Counted from the first letter of the whole stretch, positions 26,274 through 40,718 are shown. The stretch: DNA of 63,413 nt, filler included, from Choristocarpus tenellus KU-1152 (GCA_964200185.2; 11 parts of 11 records of this genome joined end to end with filler, not necessarily neighbours in it); one strand, 5' to 3'. Notes: generated from the letters alone by a model not told the origin. Translations and numbers: made by a program.

Positions 26274-28422
26274 CCGAACCACCTTGGTCATTGCGTCCAT
26301 GAAATTTTCCGAAGCAATCTCTTTGTGTACCTCCCGGCTGCAGTTCTTCACCAGTGCCTCCGACAGGGTCAGAGCCATCCCAACGCTCTTGATTGACTTT
26401 GCTCGCAGTCTCTTTCTCAGGACTCTGATCACATCAGTCAGCCTGAGTGATTCAGTGAAATGAATCATGAGTGTACACGCATGCACACACACGCACACAC
26501 ATATATATATATGTACATATATATATATATATACAGATGTATGTTTTGTTGATATGCATATTACAGTTACATCTGTATATATGTTTTGTGGATGCGCATG
26601 TTACAGTTACATGTGCATGTATGTTTTATGGATATATATGCTACAGTTACATCTTTACGTACATCTTGTGGATATGCATGTTACAGTTACAACTTTACGT
26701 ACATCTTCTGGATATACATGTTACAGTTACATCTGAATATATATTTTACGGCTACATTTGTTACAGGTACATCTAGGAAGCAACATCACCAGTCAGAACT
26801 ATTCATGGTGGCAACTACATCGCAGAAAGACTTCAAATACTGAAATGCCTCTCTTCAGGTGGGGCAATGGCCAACAAATGGAATGACTCGGCAATCACTG
26901 TGGTTTCTGACTTTGTCAAATATTGAGATACCACTATACGGCAGGGGCAGTCACTGCTCTAAACTTGGTAGACGACGACTGCTGCACAGACCGGTACAAG
27001 AACTTTCCTATAATTTTCCTATAATTTTCCAGGGATGAGGTTGCAATCACGGTGAGAAAAGAAACAAAAAAAAAGAAGTGCCCACTATATATATTTATTT
27101 CATGCGTCTCTCTCTCTCTCTCTTCACTTTGACTTTGGTCCTGTGTCGTTCGTGCCTGTCAAAACTCGTCAAAACTCGTCAAAACTCGTCAAAACTTTGA
27201 TGTCGGTTACGTATCGCAACGATGCAGCACGAGATTTTCAAAAGTCAAAATGTTTTGTTTTGTTTTCACCATGTACAACGGGGTACAGACAGGCGAGAAG
27301 ATCGGGAAGGTGAGGCCTAACCTCCCGCTGTGTTTTGAAAATACAAGACGGAGAAATGGTTCCGGTGGGTAAGCTGAATCGAAAACACCTGTTTCAAGAA
27401 CGCAGGTGAATACTGTCCGTACGTTCCTACAGCGCCAAGGGGTCGAGGAAGTAAAAAAATCTTCAAACTTCGATAAATAAAAAAATAAAAGGCAATCTCA
27501 TTTGCAGTTCTTAAAAAAAATATCAAATGAGAACAAACAAACAAAAAAATGTCATCGCACTATGATTGGGGGGCAGAGAGCAACCACGGGTCTGGGATCC
27601 CTCGTACTAATGTGAATGATAATGTTAATATATTAATAAGGAACTCCACTATTGTGCCCAAGGGTCTTACACTGTGGGGTTAGTTTCCTGGTTAATATCG
27701 TCCACGATTTGCATGTTGAGGGACCAGTTGGGGGTGATGAGGAGATCATTGCAGGCGCTTTCCACCAGTTTACTCAGGTTGTCTGCTCATCCCACCGGTG
27801 TATGATCGGACAACCATGCGCCGCACACCAGAGTACCATATCCACGGGTAGGAAGCACCAAAGGATGACAAACGCATTTTAGAAAGTTCGGGGAGTGTTG
27901 GAGGGAACAGGAGAGGGGGAGAAATCAACGTTATGAACATAGAATCAAGCCACATGGCTTCAAAGAGGTCGGAAATGTTAAGAGGGAATAGGTACCTCGG
28001 TTTACCCTTGACGGATGCAGCCTTTGGAAGGACACAATAACGTCTTTCTTTGTTCTTGGTTAAAAAACCCTGGGTCTTTGAACACACATTTGCCTCGGAA
28101 CCCGGAACACGGGGGGCTCAACCGAATGGCTGTCCACTTAAAGACACAAGTGGCATTACCGTAAATAGTCTGGGCTCTCTTGGCGAGCCAACCTGTGAAT
28201 GGGTTCGGCAGTACGTCGCCAATACAAACAAGCATTTGACGAGTGCTTCCGTGATGGCAAGAAACATCGTACAAGGTATCCTTTATGTTTGGTGTCTTTC
28301 CCATCACCATGACCCAGATTCATAATCCCTTTCCAGCCTTTCATATTAGTAAAATTACGTATTTATCGACAAAATTCTCTTCTGGGGACCCACAGCAGGT
28401 CACCGCCACCTCCACGACTCAT
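26274..28422 (-). CDS. VHS-domain (TOM1/GGA/STAM-type) trafficking protein, 5' exons 28422-28404, 27782-27671, 26442-26274
   Basis: Spliced: MSRGGG-DNLSKLVESACNDLLITPNWSLNMQIVDDINQETNPTV-LTDVIRVLRKRLRAKSIKSVGMALTLSEALVKNCSREVHKEIASENFMDAMTKVVR. Canonical VHS pattern; splice phases consistent. Exon 1 is less certain. Confidence 0.9.
26545..26775. repeat. 40-bp intronic minisatellite, about 5.6 copies
   Basis: gatatgcatgttacagttacatct... recurs at a 40-bp period (26551, 26591, 26631, 26671, 26711). Confidence 0.9.
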
Positions 28423-30965
28423 GATCTACAACAACGCTGTATCATGCCGCAAAACAACTTTAAGAGTATTGTTGTGGCGATGAAACATTAACGGCATACA
28501 ATCAGAAATTCAACCACCCCAGCCTCCCTCTAATTCTCGACAAGTTCACACGACTAATTTTTCGCCCACAGTATCGTTGTGGTTGTTTACTGACTGATAA
28601 GAGTGTTGCAAAGTTATAGTTGCAGTTGCTTGACAAAAGCAATGTGCCTTCAACAGGGTAAGTATCGGATGAGGTTAAGCACCGACTCAACAGTAAATTC
28701 TCCCGTCAATGAACTACTCACCGCAACGCACACGGATTTCTTGCGGAGGTGCTGAAAAGGGGAGAGCCATGCTAACACTCTAGAGTTCTTAGCAACGAAC
28801 TCCTTAGATGTGTGCTTTGCGCAGTGTGCTTGCTTCTAGAAGGCGAATATCTTTAGTCTTGGGTTTGCAATATAGGCAGGACAGTTTAGATACCCAAGGG
28901 TTGCTCTTCACTAACCACCTTCCAGACACGTCACCAACGAGCGCTAAGGATAGACCGAAGCATGGGGTATAGAATCACTTCAAGAAGGAACCCGATACAT
29001 CTAGTGTGAGTTCTATCCTTATAGAGGGGAGCAGCACATAATACGCGTATATCGTCGTATATGGTCCAAGTATAATTTTGGTACAACCATCGTATCGTAT
29101 TGGTTAAGAGAAACAAACTCGTTTGTTGTATGTAACATCTTGTAGAATATACTATTCTCTTAAATATACATGTATAATATATTTTGTGAAAGTGGGGATA
29201 CGAGGTGTTTGTCGTATGGAAATGTAAACGGAGGAAAATGTAATACTTCTATGGCGAAGACATAAGGAAGACAGAAGAGGCCGTATAGATACAAGTATCG
29301 TATCATAAAACTATTAATCCCGAAATTTCGACTTCCAACTTCGAACTCATTAGTTCACGAATTCTGGATTATTATTATTATTTGCACATTCCTATTTTCT
29401 TATTCCTCTATCCTCCATTCCNNNNNNNNNNNNNNNNNNNNNNNNNNNNNNNNNNNNNNNNNNNNTTAATTAATTAANNNNNNNNNNNNNNNNNNNNNNN
29501 NNNNNNNNNNNNNNNNNNNNNCCACTACCCCCACTACCCCCACTACCCCTTCCTCCTCCACAGAAAACCTAGGCCACCTACAACCACATCCACATCTGCC
29601 TTGGAGGGTCCATACTCCAAGTGCAGCATCTGCCCTTGACCAAGTCCAGGTGGAGACCCTGGAGCGGGTAAACATTTCCACGGTGAAGAAGGTCCCAGGC
29701 AGGCTTCGTACCGCCCACACAATCGCCCTCATGCACACAGTGGATCTCCTGATACACGAGATAACTCCCCCAAGGCTGGAAGGGGGGACACCAACAATAG
29801 GAGTAATTAGAGCATCCAAACTCTTCCAAATGATCTCAGGCCTCTTATTGGCAAATGATGGAAAGTTCTCGAGGGAGGAAAGGCTTGCCCGGGTGGCTTC
29901 AGGGAACATCCAAGAGCTAGTTGCATGGCTACTAGAACGATCCCAGAGGACCAGTAGGCGTAGGAGGTCCCTGGTGAGAACCCCAAGTCCCGCCAGGAAC
30001 GCGCTGCAGCTCTGGGTCACCACCATGGAGGAATTTCCAAGGGAGCGAGCGTGCTTCTAGCACAACCCAGAGCCCCAGGGACGGAGGAGACTTTCAATAT
30101 ACTGGTCCCTAAACACCCGAGTGAGAACCAAGATGAGCTTAGGCAGACCATCACGGACGCAAATGTCAGGGTACAAGTGAATGCAAGATCTGGGGAACAA
30201 AGGTACTGCCCTCCTGAAGGGGAGTACACCCCCACCTCCCTTCGAAAAGCCTTCATGAGGGCTAACAGCAACTCGGCACCAGGCCCTGACGAGATGCGCC
30301 CAAGCCACATCAGATCAGCCATCACGACAGATGTTGGTCAAGACGAAGTGGCAAAGGCGTTTGCAAGACTATGAGAGTTAGCCTACACCTCCCCGGACTC
30401 CCTACCCCTAGAGTTCTGGACATTCCACACCAACTCCAGCCTGTCCGCAATTGGGGAGAAGTGTCGCCCGGTTGCCTGTGGGTCTTTTTTTAGGAGGGCA
30501 TGTGCTTCAGCTTTCTGCATAGACTGGCGCCCCTACCTAGAGGAATTTTTCGAGGGAGTAGGATAATTTGGTGTCGGGGTCCCAAATGGCATTGAACATG
30601 CACTCCTGAATATCCGCCTAAGGAATGAGTGCGGAGAATGGGTCATCAGTCTAGACGGAAGGAATGCTTTCAACAGCATACGTTGCTCAGCCTTCATCCA
30701 GGCCCTCCCAGAGACCCTACCAGGACTCCTACCTTATGTCTCTAAGGTGTATGGGAACACAAGGAATCTTCGTTTCCTCCTAGATGAGGGAGGGACGAAG
30801 ATTCTACCATCGAGATCTGGGACCCAACAGGGAGACCCACTGGGCCCCCTCTTATATTGCATGGCAACACACAAGGCCTTGCAACAGGTCCAATCAGTCT
30901 TTGGACCCCAAGGAGTTTCCTCCCGGAGCTATCTGGATGACAGGTCCATTTCTGCAAGGGGGATC

Positions 30966-31463
30966 TGTTGAGAAGCTTGAGTGAAAGTATCTTAGAGGGT
31001 ACATTTTTTGCCCTGTTTGTCCATTTGAGGCTTGGCTTCTCACAGGTTTTTAATGACATCTCACCTACTCCAAAATGTCACGGAGTAGGTAAAATGCGTA
31101 TGTTTTGAAAAGGAGTGTCCAGAACAAGGATATTGGCATCTCCTAACAAACATGATAGCCAAAATTACATCAAAATTGCAACATTGGATTTTGGCCCCCA
31201 AATGGACGAGGCTCTACCCTCTAAGATACTAAGGCTCATCACCGAAAGCTAGCAGTTGAATTACATGGTAAAACATACACTGAATTATTAATTGCCCGTC
31301 AGCCATCCATCATCACTGACGTGTGAATGAATGTTGACTTATTATATTTTTATGCACGTTCGTACTTTGTATCATACCTAGCTAAATATAAACGTACGTA
31401 TAATTTATGTTATATACTTGTGTCAGCACAAATATCGTAATGATAACACTAGGTGATTCGATA
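30966..31463. mobile_element. Solo LTR (about 240 bp net) inserted in the CRE RT
   Basis: tgttga...tcgata ends (decayed TG...CA) with a perfect 5-bp TSD ggatc. Removal restores the frame YLDDRSISARGI|NPITITAFEQLK. Confidence 0.8.
30979..31237 (+). mobile_element. MITE family A copy nested in the solo LTR
   Basis: gagtgaaagtatcttagagggta ... taccctctaagatactaaggctc; no TSD visible. Confidence 0.92.
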
Positions 31464-32512
31464 GGATCAACCCCATCACCATAACTGCTTTCGAGCAGTT
31501 AAAAACAAATCTCCAGGAGGTAGGCATCAACCTAAACATGGACAAGACCTTTGCCGCACCCCCCCAGGGCCACCAACCCACACCCTCGGAACTAGAGCTC
31601 ATCTCTTCAGCAGGAATCAACCTAGCCCCGAACCCCAGTAGTTTTGTCATTCTAGGGGCTCCAGTAGGAACAGATGACTTCAATCGAGCTCACATGGTGG
31701 AGGTGATCGAGAGCTCTGGGAAACGAGCTTTAGCCACACACCTCAGCGAGATGGAGGACAGGCAGGTGCCGTGACTCGTCAACTCCTGGTTCCTCTCCTC
31801 CCGCCTAGGCTATCTTCTGAGGGTCACTCCCCCCTTCCTGGCACGCTCCACCACGGAGCAAGTAGACAACACCTCCCTATAGACACTAGAGAGGATAATG
31901 GAGATAGCCGATGCGACAGAGGTGACAGATTTCTTCGAGGGAGGGTGCAACAATGGGTCTCTCCGCCTAGAGACCCACCAACAAGTACAGGCACAGATGC
32001 CTACAAGTGCGGGGGGTCTGGGCCTCTCCTCTATGAAACACCGCCAACATCTGGCTTTCGTAGGATCACTGGTGGCTACTCTCCTAGCAAGGCAGCAAGG
32101 GCCTCATGGCGAGTCCTCCTCACAAGCTATCTGTATGGGCCCTACAATACAGGCCTTAGGATTGTCCTTACACTCCCTCCTTTCTACAGGNNNNNNNNNN
32201 NNNNNNNNNNNNNNNNNNNNNNNNNNNNNNNNNNTTAATTAATTAANNNNNNNNNNNNNNNNNNNNNNNNNNNNNNNNNNNNNNNNNNNNCTCTTTCCCT
32301 ACCACCCGCCCCTTCCAATCTCATAACCCCCCTACCCCTTACCTACCCCGTATAAACTACAAATTCCCCCCCCCCCCCCCCTCCCTCCCATCCGACCAAT
32401 CACAAAAAACTACACCATCTTACCACACACACACACACCACCCAAGGCAATACTCATCAAATAACAACAATGGCAACAGAACAATCATGTCAAGACAACT
32501 AAGCTATCTCAC

Positions 32513-35500
32513 CTTCACAAACAGAGTACGCTCCTGTACTGAACCCGCCCGTGCCATGGTGTGACAAATGTACACATACATCTGTCTTGCCTGGTAAGTA
32601 CAGGCATGGGCTAGCTCCCGCACTCTAGAGACCATAGACGCCTGACGACTGCCATTGTGGATACCAGCTGTCTGCAACAGGGGGGCCACCGCCTTCCATC
32701 CCCATGATGAATTGATTAATGAATAGGATGGATGGATGGATGGAATGGTTGATAGGAAAATTTATGGGTAGATAGGTGCTTTGTTTATGTTAAAGAGGTT
32801 CCAAAAATGGTACCATAAAAAGGATGCGGCTATTAAAATTAAAATACATGTTGGCAATTGCAATCATGGTACCACTAACATGTTACTCCTCCTTTGCCAA
32901 GCATACTGTTCCACCTACACACACTTGAATTAGTACTAAACATCAATATCAAAACCACCACCAACAGCAATAGTTACAGCATGCATCAACCAATCAAACC
33001 AAGGCAAGCCAATATACATACATCAGAACCTGAGACAGAACACGCCTCCCATGCCATTTCTACCACCTACGACCAGGTAAGGTGATATAAAAAAACACGC
33101 ACACAATAATGACAATCAATACAGATGGAGACAATAGAATAACAACACACACTAGTACTACCTACAAGCCTCTCAAATGACAGTCACATCAAAATACAGA
33201 GTAGACACACCCAAATTAAAAATTAAAAAATTAAAAACAAAGAGCACAACATACAAGCCAACACATTCCAATTCCAATTCCCATTCCCACAATAAAACAC
33301 AAATCATATCCATACGCTCTTATTCCATATACACTTACCTCCAAAACACGCCCCCTCCACCCCTCAACCCCCCCCCCACCATAACCCCTTCAGCACACTG
33401 TACCATAGTACCATGCCACTCATAACATAATGCAACAACCTAGTACATAATCCTACTACACCCTCAACAAAAATACCTCTACCAACCATCAAACCCACCA
33501 CATAACAAACATCGCCAACACACCCTGAACTCCCCTCCCACCCCCACCCCCCTCCCCAACAAGACCACACACCTCAAACGTCCGTTCCCGAACTACTGCG
33601 ACTGGATCACTCAGTAGATTAAACGCCAGAGGTACCACAAGGGAGAACACTGCATCTGGTGAGAGCAATGGTGCCAAAGATGGCAGTTGACCTGCAAGCA
33701 CTTCCCTCAGTCTCCAATTAAATGGCGATGAGGTCTGTAAGATCTGTAACAACAGATCGTCCATGGGGGGGTGGGGGGTGGGTAGTACTGTTTGTCAACA
33801 AGTCATCGAGTCATATATAACCAATTGCAATAATAATAATAATAATAATAATAATAGTGATATCACTGATGGGGGTAGGGGGTGTGATGCAACGCGAAAA
33901 ACACTCCACCAATAGAACAGCTCGTAACTCCTAGTCAGTCAATGAAATGCTGCATTCCCCCTGAATGCTTTCTTTAACTCTTCACACACTTCACACATGA
34001 CTATGACTACTACCACCACTTCGGCAGGACTTCTCAGTTTATTGGTGTCTGCAAGTCTTACACTGTGCCGTACATCAGTACAAAATAAATGGGTTTCCTA
34101 ACACCTGCTTACTTAGCCACTGAGATGCTTCAGACCCACCAACTATAAATACATGACAACAACAGCAGTAAATAAATGCCTCCTCAATCTCATACAACTC
34201 CAAAAATGGGAATCTTGTGTGTAAGAATGAATCAATATCGAAAATTGCCTATTACTCTGCATAACATATGCCAAATATTTTATCAACCCCTCAGTGTCTC
34301 AAGTTCTTCATACCCCATCAATAATTAATTAACGTCATACCCTCCCAACCCTCCAAAATATCAGCAGCAGCAGCCCCCAATCCCTCTCTAAACCAGTGCC
34401 TCAACTGGACCACTCTTTGCACCTGTTGGTTCAATCCCAACCCCAATCCCAACCCTAACCCTAACCCTAAAAAACAAAAACAGATCCACTATTTGAAACA
34501 TAACTATTGAAAAAAAACATATCCAACTTGTATCACACTGCAATATTCCCTAACCCTCAATCATAGGCTGCCTCACTATGCCATAACCAAGTGCCTGCAA
34601 TGACTCTTCCAATTCTTCAAAGCTCTCTTCCAGTCAATCAAACGATACTACCTACACCAGGACCATGGTTTGACTAACTACTACAATAGAATCCGACTTT
34701 GATATACCGTATCGAATATATAAATATATATATATATATCACAAGAGGTATACCTTATTTTGTCACACCAATGCCTCCAGATAAAAATAAAAATAAGTGG
34801 TTGGTGGAAATCTCAGATCTTCCCTAAGAGTCACTGGCCTGAAAGTACTTTAACTACTGTTACTAATATTGTGCATCAAATACAATACAAACAATATATA
34901 TATATATATATCCATGTTATTAAAAAGACCACCAAAAAGTAGGCCCCTGCGTCTTGCATCATTCCCAACCCAAATGAGGTACATATCCATAAGGTACACC
35001 TTTTCTTTGCACTCCCACAGCAACATCCGATACTCCACTGTCAATACAGCCACAAGTAACACTGTAAATATTAATACATGTATACTAATAAGCATTAAAA
35101 AATATACATAACTTTTGTAACATAGTCAAAAGGCATTATTACATTGAAGAGGCATTAGATACAATAATCAGACCAGTAGATTACACTTAAATTAGACAGT
35201 TCTTACCTAACCTAACCTAACCTAACCCTAACCTTAATCTGCAAGTGAATATAAATAAATATAAATATAAATATAAGTAACACACCACTAGTTAGTACCT
35301 CACCAATCGATCAAACTACATCACTACCAACAATCCCACAGTTGTCGCCTGGCAATATATACAAAAATTCTCCACCAAAAAATGAACAATAATTAAAAAG
35401 CGATAGATTGGTTTATTGAACTGTCTATATTGATCACAACAACACAAAAATGTCATCAATAGAGACAGTTCAATGATAAAATACAGGTAATCACTGTCAG

Positions 35501-38500
35501 ACACAAAGAGTAACTGATGTCCTTCAAAGACACAAGTATTTGGGGGGGACGGGTGGAGGTCTACACCAGGAAAAGAGTAACTGATGCCCTTCGGGGCAAC
35601 ACCAGGAAAAGTGCACTAACATTATACATTTGGTGTATGAAACCAAATCACACAAAATCGCGATATAATTTTTTTTTGAAAATAAATCGACAACCGCCCC
35701 CCGCCCCCAGGTACTTTGAACCAAATGTAAAGGTGAAGGAAGCATTGACTGCTACTATTTTCTATTCTCATTACTACTACTATTATAATCATTGTATTCT
35801 CTCTCACCTCTCCTAATAGTCCTAGGTGCTGCTCTCTTCTTGGAGGTGACATGTGTTCAAACAAGGGTGCCAAGTGCCTCATCACTCCAAGTCGAACCTG
35901 CTCATCAACAAAAAAAAAATATTAGTAATCATTAAAAAAAAGAATATTTTTGTTTTTCTTGATGTCCCCCATCTCAAGGGTTCAATCCCATCACTAATTA
36001 AAATCACCCTGTACAATACTCTTTTTCCTCTATTTGCTGGTAAGAAAAACGTATAAGATCTATATATATGAGAGTATCAGACATCACCTTCATACAAGTT
36101 GCAATCACATAATTCAATAAGTAATCCTATAAGTAACATTTACTGTCTTTTTCAGAGAGGTATACCACATACAAGATACAACACATGCGAAGAGCAAAGT
36201 ATAACACATGCAAACTATGTGTATCAAAATATGCAAATCCACTCCACTCCCCATCCCTGTACAAATGTCATCAACCATGATACACACATACCTACACATC
36301 CACTTCAACTAGGTGGAAGAAAAAACATATTTATATATTATTATTATTATTGTTATTTTTGCTCCAATAAAAATATATTAATAGAAGATATCATACTACC
36401 TCACCTGCACTAGAAGCACTATTACTAATGTCACTCTCACCTAGAATTTACTAGAATAATAATAATATAATTTCCTGCAATAGTTGTTAAGTACACCATA
36501 TAGTGGCATGTCACTTGAGGTCACGAATTATTCATACATGCCACACAAACACCCCAAACAACTCAAAACTAAACACACCTCCTCAACATCCCGAAGAAAT
36601 GATTCCATGGTGGGGATAAGATCCTTCTCCACGTCCTCAGTCGATATCACCTTGGCCACCTAAGGGATTCAAACATGAGAAATAAAAAAATAAAAAGACA
36701 CACACACACACACGATTGGAAACTAACACAGATAGGCTACAAAAATAAAAAAACAAAAAAATAGACTCATTTTTTTAGTACCTAAGGTTAAATGCAACAG
36801 TACAGATCATTAAAGTATCTGCCCTTTGAGATTATTGCATCAATAGCTCACATGAGACAGCAAAATTGCCACGCCATACCAAGTTTAATAACAGTAGAAG
36901 ATATCGAGTGAATGAGTAAAGGCTACTAGTATATGATATTTAGTTAGTATGATACTTAGACTACTCATTCCATTGCAGGTAAATTCGATTTTCAAAATAT
37001 ATCCCCTCCTCTCAGCAATAATTATAATACTATAATGAAGTACGATCTACCTTCATACCAACCCAACCTCCTTAATCTTACTGTGTACTTCCTCCATGCG
37101 TTTGATCATACTTGAGCCACATGTACAGTAGAAACTACTTTGTCAACACATTGAGGTACAATGCCAGTACCAACACCTTCATGGTACAGTATTCACCTCT
37201 CAATATCTATACAAAATACTAAAGAGACCTGGTAACTAACCACCTTAATCCCTGGATTATCAAATGCTCTCCCTGTGACTAAGTGCCCACCCCAAACTTA
37301 CTACTTCCTCTTGAGTACAAAAGAACATAACACCCCTAACCCAGTGATGTCACTACTATCACGATATACTTCATTACTTTTTTTCTGTCACTGCAATGAA
37401 CAAACAAACCAGCACGCCTAAGTCGGAGTTCCAACCTTGAACAAATTTATTATTATTACCAAAATATATGACATGTCCCTCATCCCACATATAAAATACA
37501 ACACATGTAACCATAATAACCCCATTGGCCAGTAAACTCCTTCTCTAAATACTATATAACCATAATAACCCTATTGGCCAGTAAACTCCTTCTCTAAATA
37601 CTATATAACCATAATAACCTTATTGGCCAGTAAACTCCTTCTCTAAATACTATATAACCATAATAACCCTATTGGCCAGTAAACTCCTTCTCTAAATACC
37701 ATATAACCATAATAACCCTATTGGCCAGTAAACTCCTTCTCTAAATACTATACCTGTTTTGGTCAATAAAAGAAGGACTATGTGCCCAGAGACGCCATGG
37801 TCAACTCCTTGCAAGGCCCCTCAACAGACACCAAGAGGACTAGCACATTGTATTTGTACTTGATTGATCAGTGATGACAAATCGCACCAAAACTAACCTA
37901 CCATTTAAATTGGCATGATTAATCATGATCAGATATCATACTGATAAATCAAAAAAAATAATCAACCAACAACAATAGTAATGAACACAATCAACCATAG
38001 CAATCACACTGATGCAATCCATGGCATTTATCACAACTCAAGCTAATCCCTAAAACTACTACATCAATATACCTACTTCAGCATCTCATTTCATTCCAAT
38101 GAGTTGAAATGTCGACAAACGAAAACTTCTGCTTTGTGACAGAATACTACATTATTGTACCTCCTTACGTCACCTATCCCTGTATGTCTCATCAACATAA
38201 AACATACTCCATACATGCATAAATATATATGTATGTATATATACCATGCACCTCTGAAACTCAAGTACTACAAACATACCACAGTATCAAGAACTACACA
38301 GTCCAAGCTATTGACTTGTACCTTGGACTCTTGTACGTAAGGCACAACACTATGCAATCGATATTTCACCATCAGAAATTTATCAGAAAGTTAGGATTCT
38401 CGAGTCATGAGAAGCAGTATTCTAGCTGACACAACATAAAACAAGGCAGTATACGAGCAAGAGTGAAATAACTACAAGAAAATTCCTATCAATCACAAGA

Positions 38501-40110
38501 GGGATACAAGAATCTTACAAGCACCTTACAGGAATTTTCTTGGATGAACCCAAATTAATAATTCAGCCATTCACAAGATGTAGTGACAACATCCATCCCC
38601 ACGCAGACATACCAACAAAGCACATATCGAAGTAATAAGGTACACATCAAAGTATCAAATATCAAATATCAAAGTAACCCAAGTAAATAAGTATATAACG
38701 AAGTACATATCAAAGTATCAAATATCAAATATCAAAGTAGCCCAAGTAAATAAGTATATAACGAAGTACATATCAAAGTATCAAATATCAAAGTAAAAAA
38801 ACAAAGCAACAAAGCAAGTAATAAAGTACATGACAAACCAAATAACAAAGCATACCACAAACAACTGTCATTACACACTGTGACACACTTGTCACACACA
38901 CAAAAAGAAAAAGAAAAAACATAATACAAAAAACATACCTCATGCAGACTGTGACTGAGCGTCTTCCTGACACACCAATTGTGGTCCCTTGACAAGCATA
39001 TAAACGCATCCCTCAGCTCCCCCCATCGAAGGGGACCAAGGGTCACCACCACCGCAGGAAATGAAAACGCGCAGTACAGTCTTAGGTTGGCATCCGCCTG
39101 CAACAAAGCAGTAATGAGTACCAACAATGGGAAGCAACATTAGGAAGAAACATTGAGTACCAGCAATGGGAAGCAACAGTAGGAAGCAACAATGGGGAGG
39201 AAGCAACAGGAAACGAGGCAGGAAGCAACAGAGAGGAGGAAGTAGGAAACGACACACACACACACACACACACACAAAAAAAACACACTAACAATAAAGA
39301 CAAACAAACAGGCGTGATTACCACAGGTGTGATTACCACAGGTGTGATTACAACAGGTGTGATTAAAAGGCGTAACTGCCGTGATCAACAAAAAAATTTC
39401 CTGTATAATGCAATGCACATGTGTGTGTGGTGGTATTAAAAAGAGATAAGAGGGGCCTTTTGTTATTGCTCTATCAATTGCAACACTTGGGAAGGTCAAG
39501 GTTAAGGTTAGGGTGAGGGACAAAAGGGGATCTGTGCGTGTAGTCCAAGACCATTTTACAATACTATTTTACAATACTATTTTACTAATGACCAATACCC
39601 TCTACCTAGAAGTACAAACCAAATCAAACCAAGGCTTTTGCGTTATGGCAGACTAGTCACAACCCATGAACGCACTCCAAAACGCCTCCGTGTGTTTTAC
39701 CCCTGTGAAAGGGAAGGGGAAGAGGGGAAGGGCAGCACATACCCAGACAGAAAGATAATGCAAAAGGGGTCAACAAAATAGTTAATCTTTAAAACACTGA
39801 ACAAAGAGTCCATACTCAACCCCTGATGCTTCAAACAGCACCAAGTAGTACATCCCATACACGGGCTACAGATATCCCTAAACAAACCAACTAATTAACC
39901 AACTAACAATTTTACCAACTTACTAACCGTGGGGTCTCCCGAATGTTCCGTGGCGGTAGAGGTGAAGTACTGTACCAGCGCTGGTGACACCGCCTCCCCA
40001 GATAGTGTAGAAATCAGCGGCCCCAGGTGCTGTAATGCACCTGTCCTGACAATCTTAGACGAGTCCGACGCCAAGCTGATAAACACAGACTGAAGCTCAC
40101 TGAAGCTCAA
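32513..40110 (-). CDS. PPP4R1: Ser/Thr protein phosphatase 4 regulatory subunit 1-like HEAT-repeat protein (partial). Exons 40110-39928, 39097-38939, 36659-36579, 35897-35808, 33743-33573, 32671-32513
   Basis: Phase-0 GT-AG exons encode IVRTGALQHLGPLIST; LYCAFSFPAVVVTLGPLRW...NWCVRKTLSHSLHE; DLIPTMESFLRDVEE|VRLGVMRHL; NWRLREVLAGQL...DPVAVVR. This follows the PPP4R1 motif series. Confidence 0.9.
35529..35722 (+). mobile_element. MITE family B copy (intronic)
   Basis: Shares accaggaaaagtgcact...accaaatcac interior; right TIR ggtactttgaacc; aaa/aaa flanks. Confidence 0.85.
37508..37752. repeat. 49-bp minisatellite, 5 copies (intronic)
   Basis: Unit taaccataataaccctattggccagtaaactccttctctaaatactata; copies differ by 1-2 nt and have no spacers. 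Confidence 0.97.
38646..38795. repeat. About 62-bp compound tandem repeat, about 2.4 copies
   Basis: atcaaagtatcaaatatcaaatatcaaagta(a/g)cccaagtaaataagtatataacgaagtacat repeated. Confidence 0.9.
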
Positions 40111-40561
40111 CTGTACAAGAAAGAGTTTGGGGGGGGGGGGGGGGGGGGGAAAACAAGGGTGGAACCCCACACGGGGGGGGGGGGGGGCCAAACCCCCCCC
40201 AACCTTTTTNNNNNNNNNNNNNNNNNNNNNNNNNNNNNNNNNNNNNNNNNNNNTTAATTAATTAANNNNNNNNNNNNNNNNNNNNNNNNNNNNNNNNNNN
40301 NNNNNNNNNTGCGCACTTGGGGTAGTGCCTGCCGATGTTGAATAATAATACATGAGACCTCGCTTCCCCCCCCCCCCTCCCCCCCCTCTAGGTTAAGCTC
40401 CTTTTGCTTTTCATTTCATTACTCACCCCCCTCCTACCTGTTCAGACTCTCCAGACAAGCCATCCCCGAAGCACCGTTGCAATTTTTTGGTTCTATGTTC
40501 TGTGGACGCAATCCCCCGTGAACAAACAGACTGTCTCCAACCTATTACAAACATTTACCAG

Positions 40562-40593
<32 letters not shown>

Positions 40594-40718
40594 GACAGAG
40601 AGAATAGATGCGAGAACTGGCTATATTTTAGTTTATCTGTGAATTACGTCTTGTTGCACAATATAGGCACATATTATCTTTAACGCAAACATCTCGGGAG
40701 ATAGTTAGGGAAAGTTAC

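Larger units (their letters stand above)
29522..32190 (+). mobile_element. Non-LTR retrotransposon, CRE-clade-like RT, pseudogenised and cut by gaps on both sides
   Basis: SAPGPDEMRPSHI, RPVACGSFFRR, *FGVGVPNGIE, SLDGRNAFNSI, GTQQGDPLGPLLY, YLDD, LGAPVGTDDF, GGLGL in order; internal stops and frameshifts. Confidence 0.9.

Noticed and set aside
27900-29120. Coding-like stretches in and upstream of the VHS gene
   Set aside because: Stop-poor frames but no motif I can identify; cannot assign to virus, TE or host.
37508-37752. CRISPR-like array (also 24456-24629 and 26545-26775)
   Set aside because: Units are directly tandem with no unique spacers, there are no cas genes, and the context is eukaryotic.
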